From positions 48,625-112,624 of the forward strand of contig CAWDOA010000014.1 in NCBI GenBank assembly GCA_963803875.1: a stretch of DNA of 64,000 nt, given 5' to 3'. A program made the position numbers and the translations under genes. This document shows, piece by piece, positions 17,422 to 26,436 of the stretch (position 1 is the first letter of the stretch; every line of letters starts with the position of its first letter). Origin of the DNA: an uncultured Acidimicrobiales bacterium. GTDB taxonomy: Bacteria; Actinomycetota; Acidimicrobiia; Acidimicrobiales; SZUA-35. Under the pieces are notes generated by a model that did no database searches, was not told the DNA's origin, and saw only the letters and a list, made by a program, of their open reading frames with translations.

Positions 17422-19371
17422 ATGCCCACACTACCGCCTAGCCTCTGGGCAATGTCCAGCATCTTTGACCTTCTGGGAACAGTTGCTCAGAACGTCGCCG
17501 GTGGTGGCGAGGACCGCCCCGGGCAGCAGCAGATGGCTGAAATCGTTGCCGACGCACTGGCCGTGCCCGGCACCGCGGTTGCCATTCAGGCAGGCACCGG
17601 CACGGGTAAGAGCATTGCCTACCTCACTCCGATCGTCCATGCCTTGGCAGAGCAGCGGATCGAGCGGGCCATCGTTGCCACCGCAACAATTGCGCTACAG
17701 GACCAACTACTCGATTCCGATGTGCCCACCACGGTGGCCGGCCTGGGCGCAGACGTCAGCGCAGCAGTACTGAAGGGACGTTCGAATTACCTCTGTTTGC
17801 AGCGGCTCGACGAACTCAACGAGGCGGCGATCGCAGAGCAACAGCAACTTCTCGCCGGAACCGACGCTCAGTCGCACGTTCCCGCAATCAACGAATGGGT
17901 CCAGACCACCTCCACGGGCGACCGTGAGGAGCTGGTTCCCGCGCCACCATCAGCGGTGTGGCGAGCGGTCAGCGTTGGTCCCGACGAATGTCCAGGCGCA
18001 GCTCGTTGCCCCAGAGGTGGCGACTGCTTTGCTGAGAACGCCCGAACAATCGCGGCGGCGGCAGACATCGTAATCACCAACCATCACTTCTACGGATTAC
18101 ACATGGCATCGGAGGGCGCTCTCCTACCCCCTCACGACATCGTGGTGTTCGACGAGGCTCACCATCTTCCCGACGTGATCAGCGCGACCAGCGGCGCCGA
18201 ACTCAGCGGCGGACGGTTTCGCGCCATCGCCCGCAGGATCCGCAATCTACTGACAGAGGCGGACGTCGCTGACCTCCTGATCCGCTCCGCCGATGACCTG
18301 CCCAACGAACTCGGTTCCCGTACCGGCACGCGCGTGACCGTCTCGGCGGATCTCCTAGCAGTACTCCTGGCCGGCAGGAGCCGCAGCGAATCAGCGATGC
18401 AAGAGCTCCGAAGGGTGATCAGCGCAGCCGAGTCAGCTGGCGGTCAGATCGACGCCAAAACCTCCACTCGCATCGAGCGAGCCATGCGAATGCTCACATC
18501 GCTCATCGATGACATCGACCTCGTGATCAACGCCGAGCCCGCCTCCACGGTGCTGTGGGTGGACGGCTCACCGGGCAATCCGGTGCTCAAGGCAACACCA
18601 ATCGATGTATCGCCACTGTGCAAGGAGTGGTTGTGGCGGGGTCAGTCGGTTGTCCTGACCAGCGCCACTCTCCCGGCCGAAATCGGCACCAGTCTGGGCC
18701 GTCCCGAACTCGAGGTCGACTCGGTCCCCTCGCCGTTCGACTATTCGACCCTGGGCCTGTTGTACTGCCCACTCCATCTCCCCACTCCAAAGGATCCGTC
18801 GTACCCCCAAGCCAGTAGAAACGAAATCGAGCGGCTCGTGCGGGCTGCTGGGGGGCGGTCATTGTGCCTTTTCACCTCCTATCGGGCGATGGAAGGGGCC
18901 GCGGAATTCCTTGAGCAAGCCCTGGATTCCGACATGACTGTCTTGGTGCAAGGCACAGAATCGAAAGCGGAACTGATCCGCCGGTTCGTGGGGACGGACA
19001 GAGCTGTCCTGCTGGCAACGATGAGCTTCTGGCAGGGCGTCGACCTACCCGGCGACGACCTCACCCTTGTGACTATCGACCGTTTGCCGTTCCCTCGCCC
19101 GAACGATCCGGTCCTGTCGGCTCGACGAGACCGACTCGGCAATGCCGCCTTTCGAATGATCGATCTTCCTCGAGCGGCCACGCTGCTGGCCCAGGCGGCA
19201 GGGCGGCTGGTCCGCAGGGCCGATGATCACGGAGTTGTAGCCGTACTCGACAAACGCCTCGCCACCAGCCGCAGCTATCGATGGGATCTGATCAATTCCC
19301 TCCCGCCGTTCACGAGAACGAAAGATCCAGAAGAGGTCTACGATTTCCTCCGGAGTCTCGATGACCGCTGA
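17422..19371 (+). CDS. dinG: ATP-dependent DNA helicase, DinG/XPD (Rad3) family
   Basis: Walker A AGTGTGKS, DEAH box FDEAHHL, four Cys for an Fe-S cluster (NYLCLQ, ECPGAARCPRGGDCF), C-terminal helicase motifs. Alternative start ATG 17452. Confidence 0.85.
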   Translation: MPTLPPSLWAMSSIFDLLGTVAQNVAGGGEDRPGQQQMAEIVADALAVPGTAVAIQAGTGTGKSIAYLTPIVHALAEQRIERAIVATATIALQDQLLDSDVPTTVAGLGADVSAAVLKGRSNYLCLQRLDELNEAAIAEQQQLLAGTDAQSHVPAINEWVQTTSTGDREELVPAPPSAVWRAVSVGPDECPGAARCPRGGDCFAENARTIAAAADIVITNHHFYGLHMASEGALLPPHDIVVFDEAHHLPDVISATSGAELSGGRFRAIARRIRNLLTEADVADLLIRSADDLPNELGSRTGTRVTVSADLLAVLLAGRSRSESAMQELRRVISAAESAGGQIDAKTSTRIERAMRMLTSLIDDIDLVINAEPASTVLWVDGSPGNPVLKATPIDVSPLCKEWLWRGQSVVLTSATLPAEIGTSLGRPELEVDSVPSPFDYSTLGLLYCPLHLPTPKDPSYPQASRNEIERLVRAAGGRSLCLFTSYRAMEGAAEFLEQALDSDMTVLVQGTESKAELIRRFVGTDRAVLLATMSFWQGVDLPGDDLTLVTIDRLPFPRPNDPVLSARRDRLGNAAFRMIDLPRAATLLAQAAGRLVRRADDHGVVAVLDKRLATSRSYRWDLINSLPPFTRTKDPEEVYDFLRSLDDR

Positions 19372-19384
19372 TCCGAACCGTCGT

Positions 19385-20203
19385 CTATCCGAGTTGGCCT
19401 GACCCTTCGATCGGGGGCGGCTCCTCGGCCGGTGGGGTGAGAGCGAACGTCGCGGGAAGGCCGAGCGCATCGGCGATGAGGCGACCCAGCACCTCGTAGC
19501 CCTCGAGGTTTGGATGGTAACCATCAGATCGGACGATGTCGGGTGTGGCGGCTGCATTCCAATCGACCAGGGTGACGTGGTCATGATCGACAGCGAGTGC
19601 CGCCAGCTCGGCATTGGCGAGGTCGGTGTAGTGCCGGTCCACGCTCACGTTGACCAGCACGACATGTCGTTCGCTGAGAGCTGTGAGTGTCTCGGCGAAC
19701 GACTCCTTGGTGGTAGGCCACCAACCGTTGGTGCCCAGGTGTACTACGACATTCGACACCGGTTCATGCTCGGCCAGGGCCTCGTCCAATTGCAGAACGC
19801 TACGGGCAACCTCGGTGTCGTACACGGTGTTGGGGCCAAAGCGGTAGCTGAGGACATTCAGCCCTTCCAGTATCGAATCCCCGACGATCAGTACCCCAGG
19901 AGGGTGAACCGGAATCGTGGACGAGACGGTGCTGGGCTCGAATGAGCGCAAAGTTGTCGGTGCCACCACGGTGGTCGTTGTCGGCTGGGTCGTGGTCGTG
20001 GCGCCCGGATCTGACGTCGATCCAGGCCTGGCCGCCGGGGAAGACGCGGAGGCCACCTCTTGAGCACCGAGCCCGGTTTGGGAGACGAATGGAAGCGTTA
20101 CTGGTCGCGTGCACGACACCGCAGCAACCCCGAGGGCCATGGAGATCAAAATCCCCACCACCAACTGCCTGATCACGGCATCCCATCGGCCAGCTGGGCA
20201 CAA
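19385..20203 (-). CDS. SGNH/GDSL-like hydrolase, probable lipoprotein
   Basis: N-terminal signal with lipobox-like AAVSC, Thr-rich linker, block I LIVGDSILEG and C-terminal DGYHP. Confidence 0.65.
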   Translation of the reverse strand: MCPAGRWDAVIRQLVVGILISMALGVAAVSCTRPVTLPFVSQTGLGAQEVASASSPAARPGSTSDPGATTTTQPTTTTVVAPTTLRSFEPSTVSSTIPVHPPGVLIVGDSILEGLNVLSYRFGPNTVYDTEVARSVLQLDEALAEHEPVSNVVVHLGTNGWWPTTKESFAETLTALSERHVVLVNVSVDRHYTDLANAELAALAVDHDHVTLVDWNAAATPDIVRSDGYHPNLEGYEVLGRLIADALGLPATFALTPPAEEPPPIEGSGQLG

Positions 20204-20234
20204 CGATGAGTGGGATCGGCAACCGGGTCAGGCT

Positions 20235-21118
20235 CTAGAAGCCGAGCATACGTTCGACCCCGGCCGGGTCGTGTTGCCAGTTCGGTTCGACGTTCACGAC
20301 CAACTCGAGGTGATAACCCTCCGCTAGCTGTTTGCGCACGTTGGTCCCGACCTTCTTGAGAACTTCTCCGCCCTTGCCGATCACGATGCCTTTTGGCTTT
20401 CGCGTTCGACCAGAATTTCGACGGTGACGTGTTTGTCCCTCCACTCGGTCACGCGGGTGGCGATGCTGTGGGGCAGCTCCTCACGAAGCGTGCGAAGGAG
20501 CTGTTCCCGTACCAATTCGGCCACCCACCGTGCATCGGGCACATCGGTGAACGCATCGTTGGGAAACCAGCGGGGGCCCACCGGCAGACGACTCAGTAGA
20601 TGCTCCACCAGGGGTGCTAGGCCGGCCCCGGTGAACCCTGACACCGGGAAGTAGGCGGAGCAGTCCAGGGGGGCAACCAGCGCCAACTGCTTTGCGATCG
20701 CTTCCCGCTTCATGCCGTCGATCTTGTTGAGGACCAGCACGGTCTTCTTGGGATCGATGCTCTCGGCCAGAAAGGCGTCGCCGCGCCCGTAACCGGAACG
20801 GGCGTCGACCACGAAACACACAACATCGGCCTCGCCCTTGCCCTGTCGAGCCGTGGTGTTCAGCTTCTTGCCCAGCGCAGTACGGGGCTTCCCTACGCCG
20901 GGGGTGTCGACGAACACCAGCTGTGCTTCTGGGGTTGTGAGCACACCACGGATCTGATGGCGGGTGGTCTGAGCCTTGTTCGACGTGATCGAGACCTTCT
21001 CCCCGATGATCTTGTTGACGATCGTCGATTTGCCGGTGTTCGGCCTGCCGTACATGGCTACGAATCCGGACCGGAAACCATTGTCGGAGGGTCCAGCATC
21101 CTGAGAACGTGCGCTCAC
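20235..21118 (-). pseudogene. era: GTPase Era, interrupted by a 1-nt frameshift as assembled
   Basis: G domain (GRPNTGKST, DTPG, NKID) is in ORF 20381..21118. The KH domain (GIVIGKGGEVLKKVG) is in ORF 20235..20444. The junction ERESQK|GIVIGKGG at ~20385-20400 needs one extra G. GTG start overlaps the corC stop (GTGA). Confidence 0.85.
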
Positions 21119-22383
21119 CGGGAGACTCGGTCCGAGGCCGGAGCAAGAATGCGAACCCTGGTGATCCGTCGACCTTGCACCTTTTGCACCCGCAACTGCA
21201 CACCACCGATCTCACAGGTCTCCCCGGCGGCCGGAACACGACCGAACGTATCGATCACGAGACCACCGACAGTGTCGTAGTCGCCTTCGGGTAGTTGGAG
21301 GCTGCCGAGGTCGTTGAGTTCGTCGATCTGGATGCGGGCGTCAACGCCCAGAGATCCATCTGGCTGCCGCTCCAGCAGCGGCTCTTCCCGATCGTATTCA
21401 TCCACGATCTCGCCAACGAGTTCCTCGATCAGATCCTCGAGGGTCACCAGACCCGCTACTCCGCCGTACTCATCAACCACTATCGCCATATGGAATGTCT
21501 GTTGCTGCATTTCCCGCAGCAGTTCGGCCACTTTCTTCGACTCGGGTACGAAGTGTGCGTCGCGAAGGAAATGGGTCACCGGTGTGTCCACCTGACCGTC
21601 GAGTTCGGCCCGAATCAGATCCTTCACATACACGAGCCCCAGGACGTCATCGACGTTGGTGCCAACGACGGGCAGGCGTGAATACCCCGCTGCGCTGCTC
21701 ATCTGCAGAGCGTGCTCGACAGTCTCGTCGGACTCGAAGAAGGTCATGTCGGGTCGAGGCACCATGACCTCACGGACGATGGTCTGACCGAACTCGATGA
21801 CACTTTCGATCAGGTCGCGATCGTCTTGTTCGATGACCTCATCAGCTACGGCGGCGTCGGCCAGGGCGATGAACTCTCCAGGCACCGCGAACGGGCCCCG
21901 CCGCAGACCTTTCCCGGGGACGATCACGTTGGCGAGGACGATGAGTGCCTGAGTGAGCCAGCGCAGGGGGGGGAAACCGACCAGAGCCGCCACCGGGCGA
22001 CCAAGAGTCATCGCCAGGCGATCGCTGTGAAGGATCCCCCATGTCCGCGGAACGGCCTCGGCGAACACGAACACAACGAACACATTGGCGAGCGTGATGG
22101 CCACGACCCACCAGCGGGAAACCAGCGAGTTGGCCAGAAGGGCCACCAACGTGACTTGGGCGAGGATCGTTGCCAGCGCAACCAGCCGTAGCGGGTTGAC
22201 CAGCGACTCAGGGTGACTCAGGAGTTCGGCCATGCGCTCGGCTCGCGTGTCGGTCTCATCGTCACCGCTGAGATGCTGAAGTCGGACCAGCGAAGTGTTC
22301 GACAGCGCTGCTTCCATCATCACCAACACCATGGCGATGAGGACCAGGATGATCGCCAAGGTGATGCTGAGGGCGTCGTTCAC
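21115..22383 (-). CDS. hemolysin-family / CNNM (DUF21-CBS-CorC_HlyC) membrane protein
   Basis: N-terminal 4-TM DUF21, CBS pair and a CorC_HlyC-type C-terminus. Sits in the conserved position between ybeY and era. Confidence 0.85.
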   Translation of the reverse strand: MNDALSITLAIILVLIAMVLVMMEAALSNTSLVRLQHLSGDDETDTRAERMAELLSHPESLVNPLRLVALATILAQVTLVALLANSLVSRWWVVAITLANVFVVFVFAEAVPRTWGILHSDRLAMTLGRPVAALVGFPPLRWLTQALIVLANVIVPGKGLRRGPFAVPGEFIALADAAVADEVIEQDDRDLIESVIEFGQTIVREVMVPRPDMTFFESDETVEHALQMSSAAGYSRLPVVGTNVDDVLGLVYVKDLIRAELDGQVDTPVTHFLRDAHFVPESKKVAELLREMQQQTFHMAIVVDEYGGVAGLVTLEDLIEELVGEIVDEYDREEPLLERQPDGSLGVDARIQIDELNDLGSLQLPEGDYDTVGGLVIDTFGRVPAAGETCEIGGVQLRVQKVQGRRITRVRILAPASDRVSR

Positions 22384-22898
22384 AACTGGTCTCCAGGGTG
22401 GCTGAAACCACAGCGCGCGAGATGGATTCTTTCCTTGGACATCATCGTTTCTCGTTCGGCGTCGTCGGCATGGTCGTGGCCGAGAAGGTGGAGGGTCGAA
22501 TGAATGATCAACAGGTGCATTTCAGCCTCGATCGTTCCGGCGTGGTCCGCTGCCTGACGGGCGGCAACGTCGGGACACACCACGATGTCACCCACGTGAG
22601 GTCTGAAGCCGAAGCTGTCACCCTCGGAGGGATCGTCGAGGGGAAAGCTCAGCACGTCGGTGGGGCCGGCGTGGCCCATGTGTTGGGTGTTGAGCTGGGC
22701 GATCGTTTCGACGTCGACTGCGATGATGTCGACAGATCCTGCCTGCACGCCCTCGGTCTCCAGGGTGCTTCGGGCTGCCTCGACGAGGCTTGCCACCAGC
22801 ACGACATCCAAGGACGAAACGTCGTTGCGCTGATCGGAGAACTCCACAGCGATGCCGGCCACTCCGAGGTCGACTGTGAAAGAGGCTTCGGACATCAT
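22380..22898 (-). CDS. ybeY: rRNA maturation endoribonuclease YbeY
   Basis: Zinc motif HSTLHLLGHDH. 172 aa. 4-nt overlaps with both neighbours. Confidence 0.9.
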   Translation of the reverse strand: MMSEASFTVDLGVAGIAVEFSDQRNDVSSLDVVLVASLVEAARSTLETEGVQAGSVDIIAVDVETIAQLNTQHMGHAGPTDVLSFPLDDPSEGDSFGFRPHVGDIVVCPDVAARQAADHAGTIEAEMHLLIIHSTLHLLGHDHADDAERETMMSKERIHLARCGFSHPGDQL

Positions 22899-23842
22899 GT
22901 ACTTTTCTGGTTCTTTCGTTTCGCCTCGATCTGATCCGATCGATCGTAGGCATCCACGATTTCCTGCACGATCTGGTGTCGCACGACGTCCGCCGAGCCG
23001 AGGCGTACGAACGCCAATCCATCTACACCGGTGAGGATCCGTTCGGTCCCCCGCAAGCCGCTTCGCCCGTTCGCCACATCGACCTGGGTTACGTCGCCGG
23101 TGACGACGACTCGCGATCCGAATCCGATTCGGGTGAGGAACATCTTCATCTGCTCAGGGGTGGTGTTCTGAGCCTCGTCGAGGATCACGAAACTATCGTT
23201 GAGAGTGCGGCCCCGCATGAACGCCAGCGGCGCAACTTCGACTGCGTTGCGCTCGAACAGCTTTGACATCCCGTCGGCCCCCACCATGTCCTGCAGAGCG
23301 TCGTACAGCGGGCGCAGGTACGGGTCGACTTTGCTCAGAAGGTCACCGGGCAGATAGCCGAGCCGTTCACCGGCCTCGACCGCTGGTCGCGTGAGCAGAA
23401 TTCGCTCCACTTCGCGATTCTGGAGCGCACGAACCGCGCACGCCACCGCCAACCAGGACTTGCCGGTTCCGGCCGGCCCGATTCCAAAGGTGACCATGTT
23501 GGTCCGAATAGCATCCAGATAACGCTTCTGACCTGCCGTTTTGGCCCGGACACTCTTGCCTCGGGCGGTGGTCAACACCCGATCACCGAACACAGCAGAC
23601 GGCCGTTGATTCTCCGCAACCATGGTGACCGCCCGCGTGACTTGCGCCGGCTCGATCACTTCTCCACGCTCGACCACCAGCACGAGTTCGGTGAGAATCT
23701 GTCCCGCCTTTTCGGCGTCGACACCATCGATGGTGATCTCATTGCCTCTGACGTGCACGTTGACATCGAGCGCTCTGGTGATGGCATCGAGGTTCTCATC
23801 TCGCTGTCCCAGTAACTGCACCATCAGGTGGTTGCCCGGCAC
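22895..23842 (-). CDS. phoH: PhoH-family ATPase
   Basis: Walker A GPAGTGKSWLAVA, Walker B FVILDEAQN, PhoH C-terminal signature. Confidence 0.9.
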   Translation of the reverse strand: MPGNHLMVQLLGQRDENLDAITRALDVNVHVRGNEITIDGVDAEKAGQILTELVLVVERGEVIEPAQVTRAVTMVAENQRPSAVFGDRVLTTARGKSVRAKTAGQKRYLDAIRTNMVTFGIGPAGTGKSWLAVACAVRALQNREVERILLTRPAVEAGERLGYLPGDLLSKVDPYLRPLYDALQDMVGADGMSKLFERNAVEVAPLAFMRGRTLNDSFVILDEAQNTTPEQMKMFLTRIGFGSRVVVTGDVTQVDVANGRSGLRGTERILTGVDGLAFVRLGSADVVRHQIVQEIVDAYDRSDQIEAKRKNQKST

Positions 23843-24008
23843 GTGAATCTTGACTGGGGCGCTCGTAGTTCCTATGCCAACAGGCTACCACCGGGCTCGG
23901 TGTCGCCTCGGGTCGTTTGCCTCCCACCGGGTTAGGCTCGCCCTCACGTCTCGGGTTCGGCGTTGCGAACCTCCATTTGCCAGTCCACCGCTTTTGAATG
24001 GAGTTCCC

Positions 24009-25055
24009 ATGAACGCTTCCGATCCTGCGTTCGACGATGGCAGCGACACCAGCCGATCCTCCGATGGCGGCATCGAGCAGTACATGACCGTCGACGCGTT
24101 CGACGTCACGGTGACCGCCGGGTCTTCCGAGACCGCCATAGTTTCCAAGGACCACAGTGGTCCGCTCCCGGACCACGGACGCACGCGAAGTGAACATCGT
24201 GAGGCAATGGACCGAGAAAAGCAGTGGTTACGGAAGGCCGCGGGAATCCCGGGCGTGGTTCGATTGGTGGAACATCGTGACAACATCGTGACCGAGTTCG
24301 CAGGGAGTCGAACCCTCCGCTCTGAGTGCCCTGACCCTCACACAACGGCTCGAGCGCTGGCATCTGTTGCGGACACCATCGCCGAACTTGCCGGGCGGTG
24401 TCTGATTCACGGCTCCATCGCCCCTGAACATGTGATCCTGCCAACCGACGGCGCAGCAATCTTGTGCAGCCCGAACTCATCGGGCGACCCAATCGATGAC
24501 TTGGTCGCTCTTGGATTGTGCATAGAGTTTGCCAGCGAACAGTGGGAATCACCGCCGGACTCGATCACCCGATGGTGGTTATTGGCCAAGCAGCTGATGG
24601 ATCAGGACCCCACCATGGGACCGGAGAGGGCGGCGCAGAATCTACGGGATCTGACCGAAACCCAAACGGATCGTTCTCGTCGCCTACGGCTCGGTTCTCT
24701 GGTCACCGCGATAGGGGCAGGATTGGTGTTGGTCCTGGCGGCGGTCATGTTCACCTCAGGTTCCCGGCCCAGCGTCACCGGACCCGAAGTCCAGATCGAC
24801 GGCAGCGTGGTACGAGTGGGCAGCGAGGGCCAAGTGGCGCTCGTGCACCCAGGTGACAAGTGCATCGCCAGCCGGCTTTACCTTCTGGACCCGGAAACGT
24901 TCCAAATCTGGACCTTTGAGACCTTCGATACCGGCACTACCGGCACACCCGTGGCCATGGTGCCGGGGGCAACCGATCTGGGTATGGCCGAACTGAACGA
25001 CGGGTGTGTCTCAGTTGTCGCCCGCGGGCCGGCTGGAGAAGTTGCGCTGCCCTAG
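24009..25055 (+). CDS. membrane protein with degenerate protein-kinase-like N-terminal domain
   Basis: ATG 24009 preceded by GGAG. Kinase-like helix/hinge/catalytic-loop remnants (VVRLVE, TEFAGSRTL, LIHGSIAPEHVIL), but no Gly-rich loop, VAIK Lys, HRD Asp or DFG. One TM (LVTAIGAGLVLVLAAVMF), then a ~90-aa extracytoplasmic domain. Confidence 0.5.
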   Translation: MNASDPAFDDGSDTSRSSDGGIEQYMTVDAFDVTVTAGSSETAIVSKDHSGPLPDHGRTRSEHREAMDREKQWLRKAAGIPGVVRLVEHRDNIVTEFAGSRTLRSECPDPHTTARALASVADTIAELAGRCLIHGSIAPEHVILPTDGAAILCSPNSSGDPIDDLVALGLCIEFASEQWESPPDSITRWWLLAKQLMDQDPTMGPERAAQNLRDLTETQTDRSRRLRLGSLVTAIGAGLVLVLAAVMFTSGSRPSVTGPEVQIDGSVVRVGSEGQVALVHPGDKCIASRLYLLDPETFQIWTFETFDTGTTGTPVAMVPGATDLGMAELNDGCVSVVARGPAGEVALP

Positions 25056-25066
25056 CGGGACTCCAG

Positions 25067-25603
25067 CTACGCAGGAAGGTTGGTGAGGCCCAGATCGAGG
25101 AGGCGGTCCACGGCATGGTCCACCTCGACACCAAGGATGCAGGCCACCGCACGAAGGTCGTCTTGGCGGATGGTGAGCACACGTCCGTTGAAATCCTGAC
25201 GCTGTACTTGGATCATGCCGAGGTAGCGGGACAACATGTCGCCTTCCGGTCCGGCGAGTTCGTGGAGGTGGGTGAGATCCATGGTCACCCCGGCCCGGCC
25301 GGTCTTCTCGGTCAGATCGAGCACACTGGGCGTCACGCCCACCTTTGTGGCCCGTGGCAACAGCTGGTCGACGGGCACCTGATAGAACTCGGCGAGGCGC
25401 TGAAGTCGTGGAACCGAGATAGCTCGCTCGCCCCGTTCATAGGCTCCCAAGACCGACGCCTTGAACTCCTGGCTTGACTCGGACTCGACGTCTTGAAGCG
25501 AAAGGCGCTTCTGTCGACGGATCGCACGGAGGCGCTCGCCGACCCGGCGTCCATATTCAGAATCAGTACCTTCGGGGGTGTCGCTGTCGTGCATGTGCCT
25601 CAA
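25067..25603 (-). CDS. BldD-like XRE-family transcriptional regulator
   Basis: N-terminal HTH (EYGRRVGERLRAIRRQKRLSLQDVE...VLGAYERGERAISVPRLQRLAEFYQVPVDQLLP) and C-terminal IQVQRQDFNGRVLTIRQDDLR resemble Streptomyces BldD as recalled from memory. RXD-X8-RXXD is present at 25157-25201. Confidence 0.7.
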   Translation of the reverse strand: MRHMHDSDTPEGTDSEYGRRVGERLRAIRRQKRLSLQDVESESSQEFKASVLGAYERGERAISVPRLQRLAEFYQVPVDQLLPRATKVGVTPSVLDLTEKTGRAGVTMDLTHLHELAGPEGDMLSRYLGMIQVQRQDFNGRVLTIRQDDLRAVACILGVEVDHAVDRLLDLGLTNLPA

Positions 25604-25704
25604 TCCGTTCTAGGCGGTTCTCCCAAACCAAGCGCGGGGTGAACCGTAATCGGATAGGAGTGAACCTTCAACCACGAAGGGTGCCCGACTTCAGGATCGG
25701 CCCG

Positions 25705-26421
25705 TTATTCCTCGATCGAAACGCGATCACGGTGCGCGGCGAGAACAACACCAGCGGCGACGGTTGCGGTGTCGGCTCGCAAGATGCCGCCGGGCAATCC
25801 GAAGGTCTCCGCCCGTGAACGTTCAGTGTCCGTCCAGCCCCCTTCGGGACCGACTGCCGCCCAGAGCGTCGACTGAACTGGTAAAACACAATCCGGAAGG
25901 GAAGGCCCACCCGGTTCAGCCAGAAGCGCTGTGTGGTGCCGGGCCAGGAATGTCTCGATCGGCATCGGTCCCTCGAGGTGAGGCAGGCGAGGTTGCCTCG
26001 ACTGCTGGCACGCCTCCCTCACGGTCACGGAAAGTCTTCTCATAAGTCGCTCAGCGCGAGCGGCATCGTAGGTGACCACAGACCGTGCGGACTGAAGAAT
26101 TGCAATCCGGTTGATCCCCAGCTCGGTGAGCTTCTTGGCCACGCTTTCGACCTTCACTCCCTTGGTTGCCGCAAAGGCGACGCCAAGCGCCGGCTGTGGT
26201 GGCGCCACGTAGTGGCTGGCCCCGGTGATCTCCACCGAGCCGTCGCTGGCGGTGAGGACAACAGGAACCCAACCACCGGCCCCATCGCTCACGTTCAGTT
26301 CATCCCCGACAGAGAACCGCAGCGACCTGACCAGATGATCGACGTCGGCAGGGCTGAGCTCGGGCATCACCAGGTCGTCGACAAAGACCAGCGGGAATCG
26401 ACGCAGTCGATCGCTGACCAC
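25705..26421 (-). CDS. rsmE: 16S rRNA (uracil1498-N3)-methyltransferase RsmE
   Basis: PUA-like N-terminus and SPOUT C-terminus with VGPEGGWT. Conserved position downstream of dnaJ. Confidence 0.85.
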   Translation of the reverse strand: MVSDRLRRFPLVFVDDLVMPELSPADVDHLVRSLRFSVGDELNVSDGAGGWVPVVLTASDGSVEITGASHYVAPPQPALGVAFAATKGVKVESVAKKLTELGINRIAILQSARSVVTYDAARAERLMRRLSVTVREACQQSRQPRLPHLEGPMPIETFLARHHTALLAEPGGPSLPDCVLPVQSTLWAAVGPEGGWTDTERSRAETFGLPGGILRADTATVAAGVVLAAHRDRVSIEE

Positions 26422-26436
26422 CGTGAATCCGAATCT

